This document shows positions 32,656 through 41,616 of a stretch of DNA of 49,732 nt, one piece after another. The translations under genes were made by a program, and so were the position numbers. Origin of the DNA: Flavobacteriales bacterium UBA1112. Lineage in GTDB: Bacteria > Bacteroidota > Bacteroidia > Flavobacteriales_D > Sanyastnellaceae. The stretch is taken from positions 1-49,732 of the forward strand of contig DCBH01000072.1 of assembly GCA_002313415.1 (NCBI GenBank), written 5' to 3'. Below the pieces are notes generated by a model, which saw nothing but the letters and a program-made list of their open reading frames with translations, made no database searches and had not been told where the DNA came from. Numbering within the stretch: position 1 is the first letter of the stretch; each line of letters opens with the position of its first letter.

Positions 32656-33117
32656 TCAGGGGTTGTAAGGGAAAGAGGAATGGTGAAGGTCAATCTTCAA
32701 TGCGCCATTGACGAGTTTGTACCCAAAAGTGTATTCGACTTTGGCTTCATTGCCATCGAGGTCGGTGAAAAAGTAATTTCCCATTGCGATTGCTCGTTCT
32801 CCTTCGAGGATGAATCCTGTATTTTCAAATCGGACTTTGGTCCATGGATTGATGGCAAATCCGCCATCTTCTTGACAAGCACGGTCGTCTCCTGCAATAA
32901 AGTAAGAACGGGCCTCAGCTTTGGTTGCACGAAATTGCTCATTCGCACATTTGGTAGGTTTGAAGAGGACTGTTCCCAATTCGAACGCATACATCTTGTC
33001 TAAAAAATTACTGGCAAAAGTTTCGCATTCACCTCTTTGGTCGCGCAAAGCACCAATGGCTACAACCCCCGAGCCCCATTCGTCTTGGGCGGCAATAACT
33101 TGAGCTTGTTGAATCAT
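32656..33117 (-). CDS. SnoaL/CaMKII-AD-fold protein, candidate iota-class carbonic anhydrase
   Basis: 153 aa from the ATG at 33117. It ends ...KVEYTFGYKLVNGALKIDLHHSSFPYNP. The HHSS codons were read directly at 32674-32685. It also has LFKPTKCANEQFRATKAEARSYF. It sits upstream of, and on the same strand as, a SulP transporter. SnoaL-like proteins of other function can share a similar tail. Confidence 0.5.
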   Translation of the reverse strand: MIQQAQVIAAQDEWGSGVVAIGALRDQRGECETFASNFLDKMYAFELGTVLFKPTKCANEQFRATKAEARSYFIAGDDRACQEDGGFAINPWTKVRFENTGFILEGERAIAMGNYFFTDLDGNEAKVEYTFGYKLVNGALKIDLHHSSFPYNP

Positions 33118-33255
33118 GATAAAGATTTTTTTGAACTGCGTCTTCGATAATAAAAATTGTCTGAGGCGAAAATAACAGGTCCAAGGGCTTTTTAATGTCA
33201 AAGGTTGTCAACAGAGAAAAGTCCGTGGTGAGAAAGACGACCTTAATTTTGAGAG

Positions 33256-33705
33256 ATGGATAAAAGGTTGGTTTGTGCTCGCATTTGTTCTCATCTCGAG
33301 AAAAGCAAGGACGAATCCATTCGTCAGCTTCAGTCGCTGAAACAATCGTTGTTGTCTGAATCCAAAAGTTCAGCAGGGGACAAGCACGAAACGGCACGGG
33401 CGATGATTCATCAGGAAATGCGCCAAGTAAATGACACCCTTGTCCGCGCAGAACGAGCACTGCAGGAAGTGAATCAAATTGGTGAATCAAAAGTTTCTCC
33501 TGTTCGGGTGGCATCCGGGGTTTTGGTCGAGACGGATGGTCCCTGGGTCCTCGTGGGAGTCGCACTGAACCGCATTGACATGCGAGAAGGACATGTTTAC
33601 GGTGTCAGCAGCGAAGCCCCTTTAGCCAAGGCGTGGCATGGAGCAGAAGTTGGTGATGTCAAATCGTTAGGCCCAAACCAACTCACCATAGTTGCGCTTC
33701 ATTGA
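33256..33705 (+). CDS. Hypothetical protein with a coiled-coil N-terminus and a GreA/GreB-C-like C-terminal domain
   Basis: It has a heptad-like N-terminal half (IRQLQSLKQSLLSESKSSAGDKHETARAMIHQEM) and a C-terminal half (VASGVLVETDGPWVLVGVAL...VYGVSSEAPLAKAWHGAEVGD). This type is often mis-annotated in Bacteroidota. The 3' end overlaps the convergent mannosidase stop by 7 nt. Confidence 0.5.
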   Translation: MDKRLVCARICSHLEKSKDESIRQLQSLKQSLLSESKSSAGDKHETARAMIHQEMRQVNDTLVRAERALQEVNQIGESKVSPVRVASGVLVETDGPWVLVGVALNRIDMREGHVYGVSSEAPLAKAWHGAEVGDVKSLGPNQLTIVALH

Positions 33706-36185
33706 GGAGGTGTATTTCCTCCTCGAGCACAAACTTCCAGTATTACTTTGTCTTTTGAGTCTGGCTCAAATTGCACGACGCAGATCTGATTTGGCTCCAA
33801 TGACATGCCATTGTCTGACCAATGCCCTGGCACATTTGATGTCATTTGGACAACAGGGGTGTAAACGTCAGATTGCAATTGAAATCCCTCTTTTGTTTCT
33901 AAACATTGTATCCGAGGTTCTGGCAAATGGGCGAGAACAGGAGCGCACCAAAGTGCCGTGGAATTCACCACAACATGTCCGTCATCATCGGTCAACTGCC
34001 AACTCAAGTAGGAATCCAAAGGCCGAACATTCCAAACAATCATGTTGCCCAAGTTGACCAAATCATCGCTTCTCGGATCAAGGCTTATTGAAATTTCAGT
34101 TTGGTTGAAGGGTTCTCCATTGAAGTCCTTGACTGCGACGTGAAGTTTCCCCTGAAATGGGTTAGGAAATGCATTAAAGAGGTCAAAGCGAAGCGAATCT
34201 CGGTCTTGTCTACACCACAGAGCGGTTAGAGGCGCATTGGCTCGCCGGGCGGCGTAGTGTGCAAGTTTCCATCGGCCTGAGTGGTCCACAGTCGACCAAG
34301 ACACGCCGGGCCAAACGTCATTCAATGACCAGAACAGGGACCCGGAATAACGCCCATGGCTGGTACGATGTTGCTCTAAGGCTTGTCGGATGCCCTCTGC
34401 ATGTGTCCATTGACTTTTGAAAATCCAATCGACCAGGTTGTTGGGGAGAGGAGCTCCGGTTGTTTTGGACATGAAATGATGCATCATGTCCCACCCGTCA
34501 AACCCCGGTTCCAACCATTCCATGCTGCTTCTTTGTCGAAACTGGAGGGCGTCGTCATCGAATGCCTCAATACCTGCTTCGAGCAGTGTGTGAATGTCAG
34601 GTAGACTTTGGAGACCGTATTCGCTTACAAATCTGCCCCCGTGATTGCCATAGTAGCCAAAGTCTTCAAGCCCAAACCAAACGCCCCAAGCGTGTTCATC
34701 TCCGCTTTTTTCGTCCAACGTGGGAGAAGTAGGCAAATAGTATGTGTCAGACCCTTCGTTTACGATGTCCGGCAAAACTTCGTGAAACAGTTTTTTGTAA
34801 GCGTTCTCGAGTCGCAAGCTGTCTTCTTCGCGAAGGCCATACGTTTCCTGCCACCCCCAAGAAGTCCAAGCGCGTTCTACTTCGTTGTTTCCACACCACA
34901 AGGCCAAGCAAGGGTGGTGGGCAATGCGTTGAACTTGCTCTTGGGCTTCAAGGCGAACATTTTCAAAAAAATCCTCATCGTCAGGGACCATGGTGCAGGC
35001 AAACATGAAGTCTTGCCACACAAGCAATCCTGCTCGGTCGCACGCATCAAAAAAGGCATTTGGTGGATACACGCCACCGCCCCAGACACGCACCATGTTC
35101 ATGTTTGCGGCCCTTGCTTGCTCCACGAGTTTTATCCAGCGGTCTGCATCCTTCGTCTGATGAAAATCTGGGGGAATGACATTGGCACCCTTGGCATGCA
35201 CAGAGAGTCCATTCAACGTCAATTGAAAGGTGGTTCCCCATTCATCTTCATTTTCAATCCAATGGAGCGTCCTGATTCCCATGGTTTGGCGTCGAACTGT
35301 TCCCGAGTGGAGATGGGTCCAAGTCCATTCGTAAAGTGGTTGGTCTCCCATATCTGCGGGCCACCACATCGCCGGATTGACGATGTGAACTTCGTCCTCC
35401 ACCCAAGCCCAATCCACTGCGTGGTCTTCTCTTGCAATGTCGAGATGCCATCCTTCGTGGTTCTGGACAAGTACCCTTGCAAGTCGCTCATTGACCTCTA
35501 ATTGTTTGCAAACGGGTGAGGTTGCAGTTGTTCTTTTGCTTGAGTTTGCGCAGTGTAAACTTATTTGACCTGAAACCCCCGGACCTGCGAGACGTGGTCC
35601 CCAATCCCAACCAAATTGGTATCCAGGTTTCCGGGTCATGGGGCTCGTTTGGAATCCGATGGGTCTGGCCTCATTGCTAGCTGGGATCAACATTCCTTGT
35701 GCGTCTAAGGACTCCTGACCTCGTTCGGCTACGGGATCGAATAGGATGTCGATGTCCAATCCTTCTTCGGTCACAAGAAATGGGTGAGTTGTCCAAGATC
35801 GATGTGCATTGTTGGCTTTCAGGACGCAGACGTCATTGACATGGACTGCTGCGTAGGTGTCTAGGCCTTCAAAGTGCAATTCAGCACTGTCACCTGGCAT
35901 CAATCCCTTGCTCAGATTCACATGGGTACTCAATGTCCAGGGTACAGATTCTACCCATTGCACGTCTCGTTCGTGTGTTCCTTGATTGGGATTTGGGGCG
36001 AGGCCAGATTGGACTAGCGATTCAAGAACGTGGCCGGGAACAAGGGCTGGAATTTGAAATGAAGACGAAGAGTCAGGATTCGACCAATGCCACGAGGCTT
36101 TAGACAGGTCCACTCGGGTGATGTCCTGCTTCGAACAAGAAATCGCACTTAAAGAGACGACGGCGGCAAGACACAATGCTCTCAC
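33699..36185 (-). CDS. GH2 beta-mannosidase, lipoprotein-type signal
   Basis: The GTG start gives (M)RALCLAAVVSLSAISCSK. Motifs are IPALVPGHVLESL, NMVRVWGGGVYP, HHPCLALWCGNNEVE (acid/base Glu) and RFVSEYGLQSLP (nucleophile Glu). Its 828 aa is typical of BmnA-type beta-mannosidases. Confidence 0.85.
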   Translation of the reverse strand: MRALCLAAVVSLSAISCSKQDITRVDLSKASWHWSNPDSSSSFQIPALVPGHVLESLVQSGLAPNPNQGTHERDVQWVESVPWTLSTHVNLSKGLMPGDSAELHFEGLDTYAAVHVNDVCVLKANNAHRSWTTHPFLVTEEGLDIDILFDPVAERGQESLDAQGMLIPASNEARPIGFQTSPMTRKPGYQFGWDWGPRLAGPGVSGQISLHCANSSKRTTATSPVCKQLEVNERLARVLVQNHEGWHLDIAREDHAVDWAWVEDEVHIVNPAMWWPADMGDQPLYEWTWTHLHSGTVRRQTMGIRTLHWIENEDEWGTTFQLTLNGLSVHAKGANVIPPDFHQTKDADRWIKLVEQARAANMNMVRVWGGGVYPPNAFFDACDRAGLLVWQDFMFACTMVPDDEDFFENVRLEAQEQVQRIAHHPCLALWCGNNEVERAWTSWGWQETYGLREEDSLRLENAYKKLFHEVLPDIVNEGSDTYYLPTSPTLDEKSGDEHAWGVWFGLEDFGYYGNHGGRFVSEYGLQSLPDIHTLLEAGIEAFDDDALQFRQRSSMEWLEPGFDGWDMMHHFMSKTTGAPLPNNLVDWIFKSQWTHAEGIRQALEQHRTSHGRYSGSLFWSLNDVWPGVSWSTVDHSGRWKLAHYAARRANAPLTALWCRQDRDSLRFDLFNAFPNPFQGKLHVAVKDFNGEPFNQTEISISLDPRSDDLVNLGNMIVWNVRPLDSYLSWQLTDDDGHVVVNSTALWCAPVLAHLPEPRIQCLETKEGFQLQSDVYTPVVQMTSNVPGHWSDNGMSLEPNQICVVQFEPDSKDKVILEVCARGGNTPPQ

Positions 36186-36194
36186 TTCTCGTGT

Positions 36195-37028
36195 TTAGAA
36201 GGAAAAAGGAGTTTGACGAATGATTCGAGTTTCGAAAGGATTCAACACCAAAACGGGGATTTCCGCTTCATTGGTGATGATTTGTTGCTCGTAAGATGTG
36301 CCTAAAATTCCCATGAGACTTTTTTCGTGGAAGTTCATGATGCTGATCAAATCAGCCTCGATGGAAGCCGTGTAACGAATCACGTCTTTGACAAAGGCGC
36401 CTGAGTCGTGTTCACTGATTTTGGTGGTGTACTCAATGCCACGGTCTTCAAAGTAGTCCGAGGCAAACTCCACATTTCGTCGGAGCTGGTTTTGCAAGAA
36501 TTCGTCGGACTCGGCGGGAGAAATGATGTGGACGCGTCCATTGAAGTAGGATGCCATTTCTGCGACAATGGCCAACTTCTGCTTTGTGTCCTGATGTAAA
36601 TCCAAAGGAACGACGATGTCGTCGTAGCCGGTTTCACGGATTGGACGCGATTGCGTAATGATAAATGGGACGGAGCATTGACGCAGAATTTTGAGTGCTC
36701 GTCCGCCGGTAATGAATTGCATTCCTTTCAAGCCATGGGTCCCCATGATGACCAAATTGGCGTCCATTTCAACGGATACGTCGTCGATGTCGTCAAACAA
36801 ATTGCCAATCCGTACAGTGGCCTTCACATCTCCCTCAAAAGCGGCCAATTGTTCTTTGGCGAATGCTTGAAGACGCTGTCGGGCTTCCCCAAATTCACTT
36901 TTTTTTCCGACGATGTGAACGAGGTGAAGCTCACTCTTCAGTGCCTGGCCTACTGCAATGGCGTGTTTGACTGCGTTGGTGGATACAGGAGTGAAGTCCA
37001 CAGGAACGAGGATGCGGTGTTGTGACAT
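36195..37028 (-). CDS. Tandem-domain universal stress protein (UspA family)
   Basis: Domain 1 has HRILVPVDFTPVSTNAVKHAI...LHLVHIV...VIMGTHG. Domain 2 has IVVPLDLHQDTKQKL...RVHIISP. It ends 9 nt upstream of the mannosidase start on the same strand. Confidence 0.85.
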   Translation of the reverse strand: MSQHRILVPVDFTPVSTNAVKHAIAVGQALKSELHLVHIVGKKSEFGEARQRLQAFAKEQLAAFEGDVKATVRIGNLFDDIDDVSVEMDANLVIMGTHGLKGMQFITGGRALKILRQCSVPFIITQSRPIRETGYDDIVVPLDLHQDTKQKLAIVAEMASYFNGRVHIISPAESDEFLQNQLRRNVEFASDYFEDRGIEYTTKISEHDSGAFVKDVIRYTASIEADLISIMNFHEKSLMGILGTSYEQQIITNEAEIPVLVLNPFETRIIRQTPFSF

Positions 37029-37119
37029 GCGGCAAAATTAGAGAAGATGGCACTGAAGCGCTGAAGTTTAGTGTGGATGTCTTTACCTTGTTTACATCTG
37101 TTGAAATGCCCTTAAGACC

Positions 37120-38400
37120 ATGTTCAGAATGTTCTCACACTTCCGATGCCAAGTCTTCGTTTTTTTGCTCTTGATTTCTTCGGTTGACACATTGATGGCA
37201 CAAGACGAATGCGATGGATATCGATATCGATACACTGGAGCCTTTGATGGATTTGAAGTGGAGTATGATGTACCCTATGGCGAAAATTTCAATGTCAATT
37301 TTCTACCCGAAGAGTTGGTTGTGGATGTATACTCACCAACAGGCGATGTGGAGGAGTCTCGTCCATTGATTTTAATCGCCCACGGGGGCTTCTTCTTGTC
37401 GGGGAGCAATGGTGGGCTGGAAGTCGTTCCTCTTTGCGAGGATTTGGCCCAAATGGGCTATGTCGTAGCCTCGATGAATTACCGGAAAGGTGTCAGTATT
37501 CTGGGCAATTTGACCAATGAATTTATAAAAGCAGTTTGGAGAGGAGTTCACGACAGCCGGGCTGCCGTTCGTTACTTCCGACATTCATTGGATTATGGCA
37601 ATCCTTGGGACATTGACGCCAACCGCATCTATCTCGGTGGAATCAGTGCGGGAGCGTTCATCGCGCTTCATCATGCTTATGTGGATGAACAAAGTGAAAT
37701 TCCCGCCCAAATTGATGTCACCGAGGTGGGGTTGGGAGGTGGTCTAGAAGGCCTCTCGGGCAATACGGGATACAGCAGTGAGGTGAATGGGGTATTCAAC
37801 ATTTCCGGGGCACTTCAAACCACAGATTTTATGAATCTCGGCGGGAATGAGCCGCTGTTTAGCATCCACGGAACAGAAGACCAAACGGTGCCTTATGGAG
37901 AGGGGGGCATCTCGTTGTTGGGAATCATCAATTTGATTGACGTGGATGGAAGCTCCATCGTGCACAATAAGGCAGAAGAAATTGGCCTTGACCATTGTCT
38001 GATTACGGTGGAAGGGGCAGGGCATGTTCCGCACATTGACATTTTCAATCCCGGGTATTATGACCTCACCCTCAGTGCATTGGCAGGGAAGTTGGGGGAG
38101 TGGGCGTGCGAGGATTACGTTCCAATATGTGGCGATTACGATTATGAGGCAGAGTCGTTGCTCGAGGACATGCGCATCGATGAAAATCCACTTGTGTTTC
38201 CCAATCCCGCGAGGACTCAAGGTCGGGTGTTCGTCACGTTCAAGCAGTCGACTTCATGGAAACTTGTGAATGTGATGGGGCAGACCATGAAACGCGGACG
38301 GAATTCCGCAGGCTCAAGGGTTGTGTGGCAGTCGCTAGCTCCAGGGCTGTACGTCATTCAATCTGAGACGGGAAGCACTCAATTGGTTGTTTCTGACTGA
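37120..38400 (+). CDS. Secreted alpha/beta-hydrolase carboxylesterase (HGG / GxSxG type) with a T9SS CTD
   Basis: The signal is ...VFVFLLLISSVDTLMAQ. It has oxyanion PLILIAHGGFFLSG, nucleophile YLGGISAGAF, HGTEDQTVPY and GAGHVP. A C-terminal Por domain is present. Confidence 0.8.
   Translation: MFRMFSHFRCQVFVFLLLISSVDTLMAQDECDGYRYRYTGAFDGFEVEYDVPYGENFNVNFLPEELVVDVYSPTGDVEESRPLILIAHGGFFLSGSNGGLEVVPLCEDLAQMGYVVASMNYRKGVSILGNLTNEFIKAVWRGVHDSRAAVRYFRHSLDYGNPWDIDANRIYLGGISAGAFIALHHAYVDEQSEIPAQIDVTEVGLGGGLEGLSGNTGYSSEVNGVFNISGALQTTDFMNLGGNEPLFSIHGTEDQTVPYGEGGISLLGIINLIDVDGSSIVHNKAEEIGLDHCLITVEGAGHVPHIDIFNPGYYDLTLSALAGKLGEWACEDYVPICGDYDYEAESLLEDMRIDENPLVFPNPARTQGRVFVTFKQSTSWKLVNVMGQTMKRGRNSAGSRVVWQSLAPGLYVIQSETGSTQLVVSD
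38194..38397 (+). other. T9SS (Por) C-terminal sorting domain
   Basis: VFPNPARTQGRVFVTF...WKLVNVMGQTM...LAPGLYVIQSETGSTQLVVSD-stop. Confidence 0.75.
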
Positions 38401-38432
38401 TTGCGTTTCTGGCCAGGGTCCAAACATGCAAG

Positions 38433-39341
38433 TCATGTCCAGACATCCAACGCAGCCCTGAATGTATTGACGTGGGCTTGAACGACGGTGTTGACCGTTG
38501 GAGAGTATCCGCCACCCATGGCGCAAACCACTGGAATGTCCCATTCTCGGCACATTTGAAATACCATGCGATCCCGGGACATGCACCCTTGTAGCGTCAA
38601 GGCCAATCTGCCTAGCTTGTCAGATGCCAAAACGTCGACACCACATTGATACATCACCAAATCAGGCCGAATGCCATCGGCAGGGATGAGACTTTCAAGA
38701 TGCGTTTTCAACAAAGAGAGGTAAACCTCATCTGTGGTTCCGTCAGGCAAAGCCACATCAATGTCACTGGTTTCTTTGTTCAGCGGATAATTGGATGCGC
38801 CGTGCATGGAAAAGGTCGTGACTCTCGGTTCGTCAGCAAGAATGGCGGCACTGCCATTGCCCTGATGGACATCACAGTCGACAATCAGGATTCGTGCCAG
38901 CGAGTTGTTGCTCAAAAGCCATTTTGATGCAAGTGCGAAGTCGTTGAAAATGCAAAACCCTTCGGCACGATTCGAATAGGCATGATGGGTTCCACCAGCA
39001 ATGTTCATGGCCACCGAGCCTGAAGTCAAGGCCTTTTTTGCACATTCCAAGGTGCCTTGCATGATGACGCGTTCACGTTCCACCATGGCCTCTGACCAAG
39101 GAAACCCACTGCGGCGTTCTTCCTTGCGAGTCCACTTGCCACGAAGTGTTCGGTCCCAATAATCCGCATCATGCGCCAAGAGGATGGTCTCTACAGGCAT
39201 CGCGGTGGGTGCGAAGAAATCAGAATCCGAGACGATGCCTTCGTACAAAATTTGGTCTTTCAAAAGGGCATACTTCTCCATGGGGAAGCGGTGACCCTCG
39301 GGTACCTCCAAAACATAGCACGGTGCATAGGCGATGTCCAT
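38433..39341 (-). CDS. Histone deacetylase-family Zn amidohydrolase (AcuC/APAH-like)
   Basis: Motifs are GGTHHAYSNRAEGFCIFNDFALA (catalytic HH region), ILIVDCDVHQGNG (Zn Asp/His), YQCGVD and AMGGGY. Confidence 0.85.
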   Translation of the reverse strand: MDIAYAPCYVLEVPEGHRFPMEKYALLKDQILYEGIVSDSDFFAPTAMPVETILLAHDADYWDRTLRGKWTRKEERRSGFPWSEAMVERERVIMQGTLECAKKALTSGSVAMNIAGGTHHAYSNRAEGFCIFNDFALASKWLLSNNSLARILIVDCDVHQGNGSAAILADEPRVTTFSMHGASNYPLNKETSDIDVALPDGTTDEVYLSLLKTHLESLIPADGIRPDLVMYQCGVDVLASDKLGRLALTLQGCMSRDRMVFQMCREWDIPVVCAMGGGYSPTVNTVVQAHVNTFRAALDVWT

Positions 39342-39390
39342 GATTGACGTAAGCCGGAAGAACGACTTATTGTTCTGTCACATGCAAATC

Positions 39391-40359
39391 TCAAGAAAGA
39401 GATGCGAGCCTTTTTTGAATTGCCCTCGCCAAAATTTGAGCTGCGGGTGGATTGAACCGAAACCACAATTCGGGCTCAACCATTTCCAGTTCAGACAGCA
39501 GCCATTGCCCTTCGTTGTCTCGCATCAAATCCACCCGCGCATAGATCGGAGTGTCCCAACCTCGGGATCGACAATGTTGAATGCATTTGGACATGATATC
39601 TCGTGCGAGGGTTTCATCCTCGGACTTGACATTGACAGAGTGAACGGTGCCGCCGTGGTCGTCCTGCACCCTAAAGTCACCGGTTTTGGCTTTTTTCAGA
39701 ACACCATGTGTCACATGGCCATCAAGCCAAATCAAAGACTTTTCGCCAGCCTCAATGACTTGAGGAAGAAAAGGCTGAACAAGCATGTCTTGTTGGGCCA
39801 CGAGTGATTGCCACAGAGATTCGCAGTTCGTGAAGGGCTGCGCATCAGGAGAACAGATGTGCTCATTGCCTTTAATCGTCACTCGATAGGTATCTATGGC
39901 GGCTCCCGCAATGGCTGGTTTGATGACCACGTCTGTCCATCCAAGGCGAGATGAAAGGGTGTTCAGAGGCGTAGAACCTCCCTTTTTCACAAATTCAGTG
40001 GGAACCACGTTCACTCCAAGTTTTTTGAGGTCTTTCAGGTAGTGTTTGTCCAAGTTCCAATGGACAATTGAGGCTGCATTGAAAAGCTGCGTTTGGGATT
40101 GGACGCGATGCAACCAAGGCGAAAATTCACTCCAACGATCGAAATAGTCCCAGGTAGTCCTAAACAAAGCTGATTTGGTGATCGACCAATCCATTGCCTC
40201 ATCACACCACGCTCGACGGTCAACGCGAAGCCCGCACTTTTTGAGGGCATCGAGGACCATCGTATCCTCTGTGAGCAAATTGTCAAAGTAATCCTTGTTG
40301 GGGTCGTCCTTGGACGCAGCATTCAGGTATCGTTTGTCAGTGAGAACTACGACGTCCAT
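39391..40359 (-). CDS. ATP-grasp-like ligase, unknown substrate
   Basis: A pre-ATP-grasp N-terminus (VVVLTDKRY...LDALKKCGL) is followed by NLDKHYLKDLKKLGVNVVPTEFV, VVIKPAIAGAAIDTYRV, MLVQPFLPQV...GEKSLIWLDG and ARVDLMRD. It sits 49 nt upstream of the HDAC-like gene on the same strand. The family call is motif-level only. Confidence 0.55.
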   Translation of the reverse strand: MDVVVLTDKRYLNAASKDDPNKDYFDNLLTEDTMVLDALKKCGLRVDRRAWCDEAMDWSITKSALFRTTWDYFDRWSEFSPWLHRVQSQTQLFNAASIVHWNLDKHYLKDLKKLGVNVVPTEFVKKGGSTPLNTLSSRLGWTDVVIKPAIAGAAIDTYRVTIKGNEHICSPDAQPFTNCESLWQSLVAQQDMLVQPFLPQVIEAGEKSLIWLDGHVTHGVLKKAKTGDFRVQDDHGGTVHSVNVKSEDETLARDIMSKCIQHCRSRGWDTPIYARVDLMRDNEGQWLLSELEMVEPELWFRFNPPAAQILARAIQKRLASLS

Positions 40360-40442
40360 AACTCAGATTTGCATGCGAATGGCTCAAAGGAATTGACCAA
40401 GGGTAGGCGCGCTTGAAGTTCCACAGACAAACGTGCCATCGT

Positions 40443-41543
40443 TCAAGCCGCAATCTGCTGTGATTTTCCGAGTGACCGAAGCATCCGGGTATGCAGGCCT
40501 AGGGCTTGCCAATACGTAGTGGATGCACGATAGGGGATGCCAAATTCTTCCGCAGTTTGCTTCACAATGGGCGCCAATTTGCGCAAGTGAATGTGGCTAA
40601 CTTGAGGAAACAAATGGTGCTCAATTTGATGATTTAAGCTGCCGCATAACCAGGTCAAGATGGCACTTCCTGTTCCAAAATTGGACGTGGTGCGCAATTG
40701 GTGGGTGAGTGGGTCGACCTCCAACACAGTCCCTTTCTCGGCAGGCATGTAGTCGTGGTCTTCCATCACGTGAGCCGGTTGGAAGATGATGGCCAAAATG
40801 AACCCTGCGACGAGTTGCATCACCACCCATCCACCGAGAATCTGTAACCAATGGACACCGCCAAGGACCATGGGAAGCACTAGAATGTAAGAGAAGTAAA
40901 GCGTTTTGGTCACTGCGAGAGAGGTTGAAAGCTGAGCCAACGAGGTGCCTGAGGGACGAATAAGACCTTTCCTGTGGTAACGTCTGACTTGAAGCCAATC
41001 TTTGGCAATCATCCAAAAAATGGTCATCAACGAGTACAAAAACCAGGAGTAAATGTGCTGGAATCTGTGCCACCAGTAGCGAGGTTTGAGTGGGCTGAAA
41101 CGCATGATGGGATGCATGTCAATGTCTTCATCCAGCCCGTCTAAATTGGTGAAGGTATGGTGCAGCACGTTGTGCTGAATTTTCCAAATGGCGGCATTTC
41201 CTCCAACCAAATCAAGAATGCGCCCGACCCAAAGATTGACCCATTTTTTGTCGCTGTACGCGTCGTGGTTGGCGTCGTGCATGACATTCATCCCGATCCC
41301 GGCCAATCCCAACCCCATTGCAAACTCCGCGACCCAAAACATCCACCCACTCCCCGCAAGTCCCCAAGTAATGAGCGCCCATGGCACAAAGTACAAGGCA
41401 ATCATCACCGTCGTTTTGAGGTGCAGCCGCCAGTTGCCCTTGCGGCTGATGTTGCGCTCCTTGAAATAGGTGTCAACTCGCGCTCTTAACGTTTTGGTGA
41501 AGTCCGATTTATCTCGACTGTAACGTATGACGGGAATATTCAT
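40443..41543 (-). CDS. Membrane fatty-acid desaturase (three His-box di-iron family)
   Basis: The His boxes are HDANHD, HNVLHH and HQIEHHLFP. There are four or more TM segments and no fused cytochrome b5. Confidence 0.85.
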   Translation of the reverse strand: MNIPVIRYSRDKSDFTKTLRARVDTYFKERNISRKGNWRLHLKTTVMIALYFVPWALITWGLAGSGWMFWVAEFAMGLGLAGIGMNVMHDANHDAYSDKKWVNLWVGRILDLVGGNAAIWKIQHNVLHHTFTNLDGLDEDIDMHPIMRFSPLKPRYWWHRFQHIYSWFLYSLMTIFWMIAKDWLQVRRYHRKGLIRPSGTSLAQLSTSLAVTKTLYFSYILVLPMVLGGVHWLQILGGWVVMQLVAGFILAIIFQPAHVMEDHDYMPAEKGTVLEVDPLTHQLRTTSNFGTGSAILTWLCGSLNHQIEHHLFPQVSHIHLRKLAPIVKQTAEEFGIPYRASTTYWQALGLHTRMLRSLGKSQQIAA

Positions 41544-41616
41544 CAGGCCAAGTTAGCAGGGCATGTTCACAACCATCCATGCCCAAGGGCACAGGATGCG
41601 CAAGAGTTCTTCACAA

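Noticed and set aside
33029-33565. 178-aa minus-strand ORF
   Set aside because: It overlaps both the iota-CA-like gene start and the GreA-C-like gene. Its Pro/Arg-rich translation has no motifs.
34608-35501. 297-aa plus-strand ORF (and the smaller ORFs at 34742-35008 and 35219-35491)
   Set aside because: They lie entirely inside the GH2 beta-mannosidase gene on the opposite strand or frame. The mannosidase frame carries the catalytic motifs, so these are shadow ORFs.
41559-41584. 7-bp inverted repeat GGGCATG...CATGCCC between typA and the desaturase gene
   Set aside because: It has a 12-nt loop, a short stem and no following U-run on the transcribed strand. That is too weak to call a terminator.
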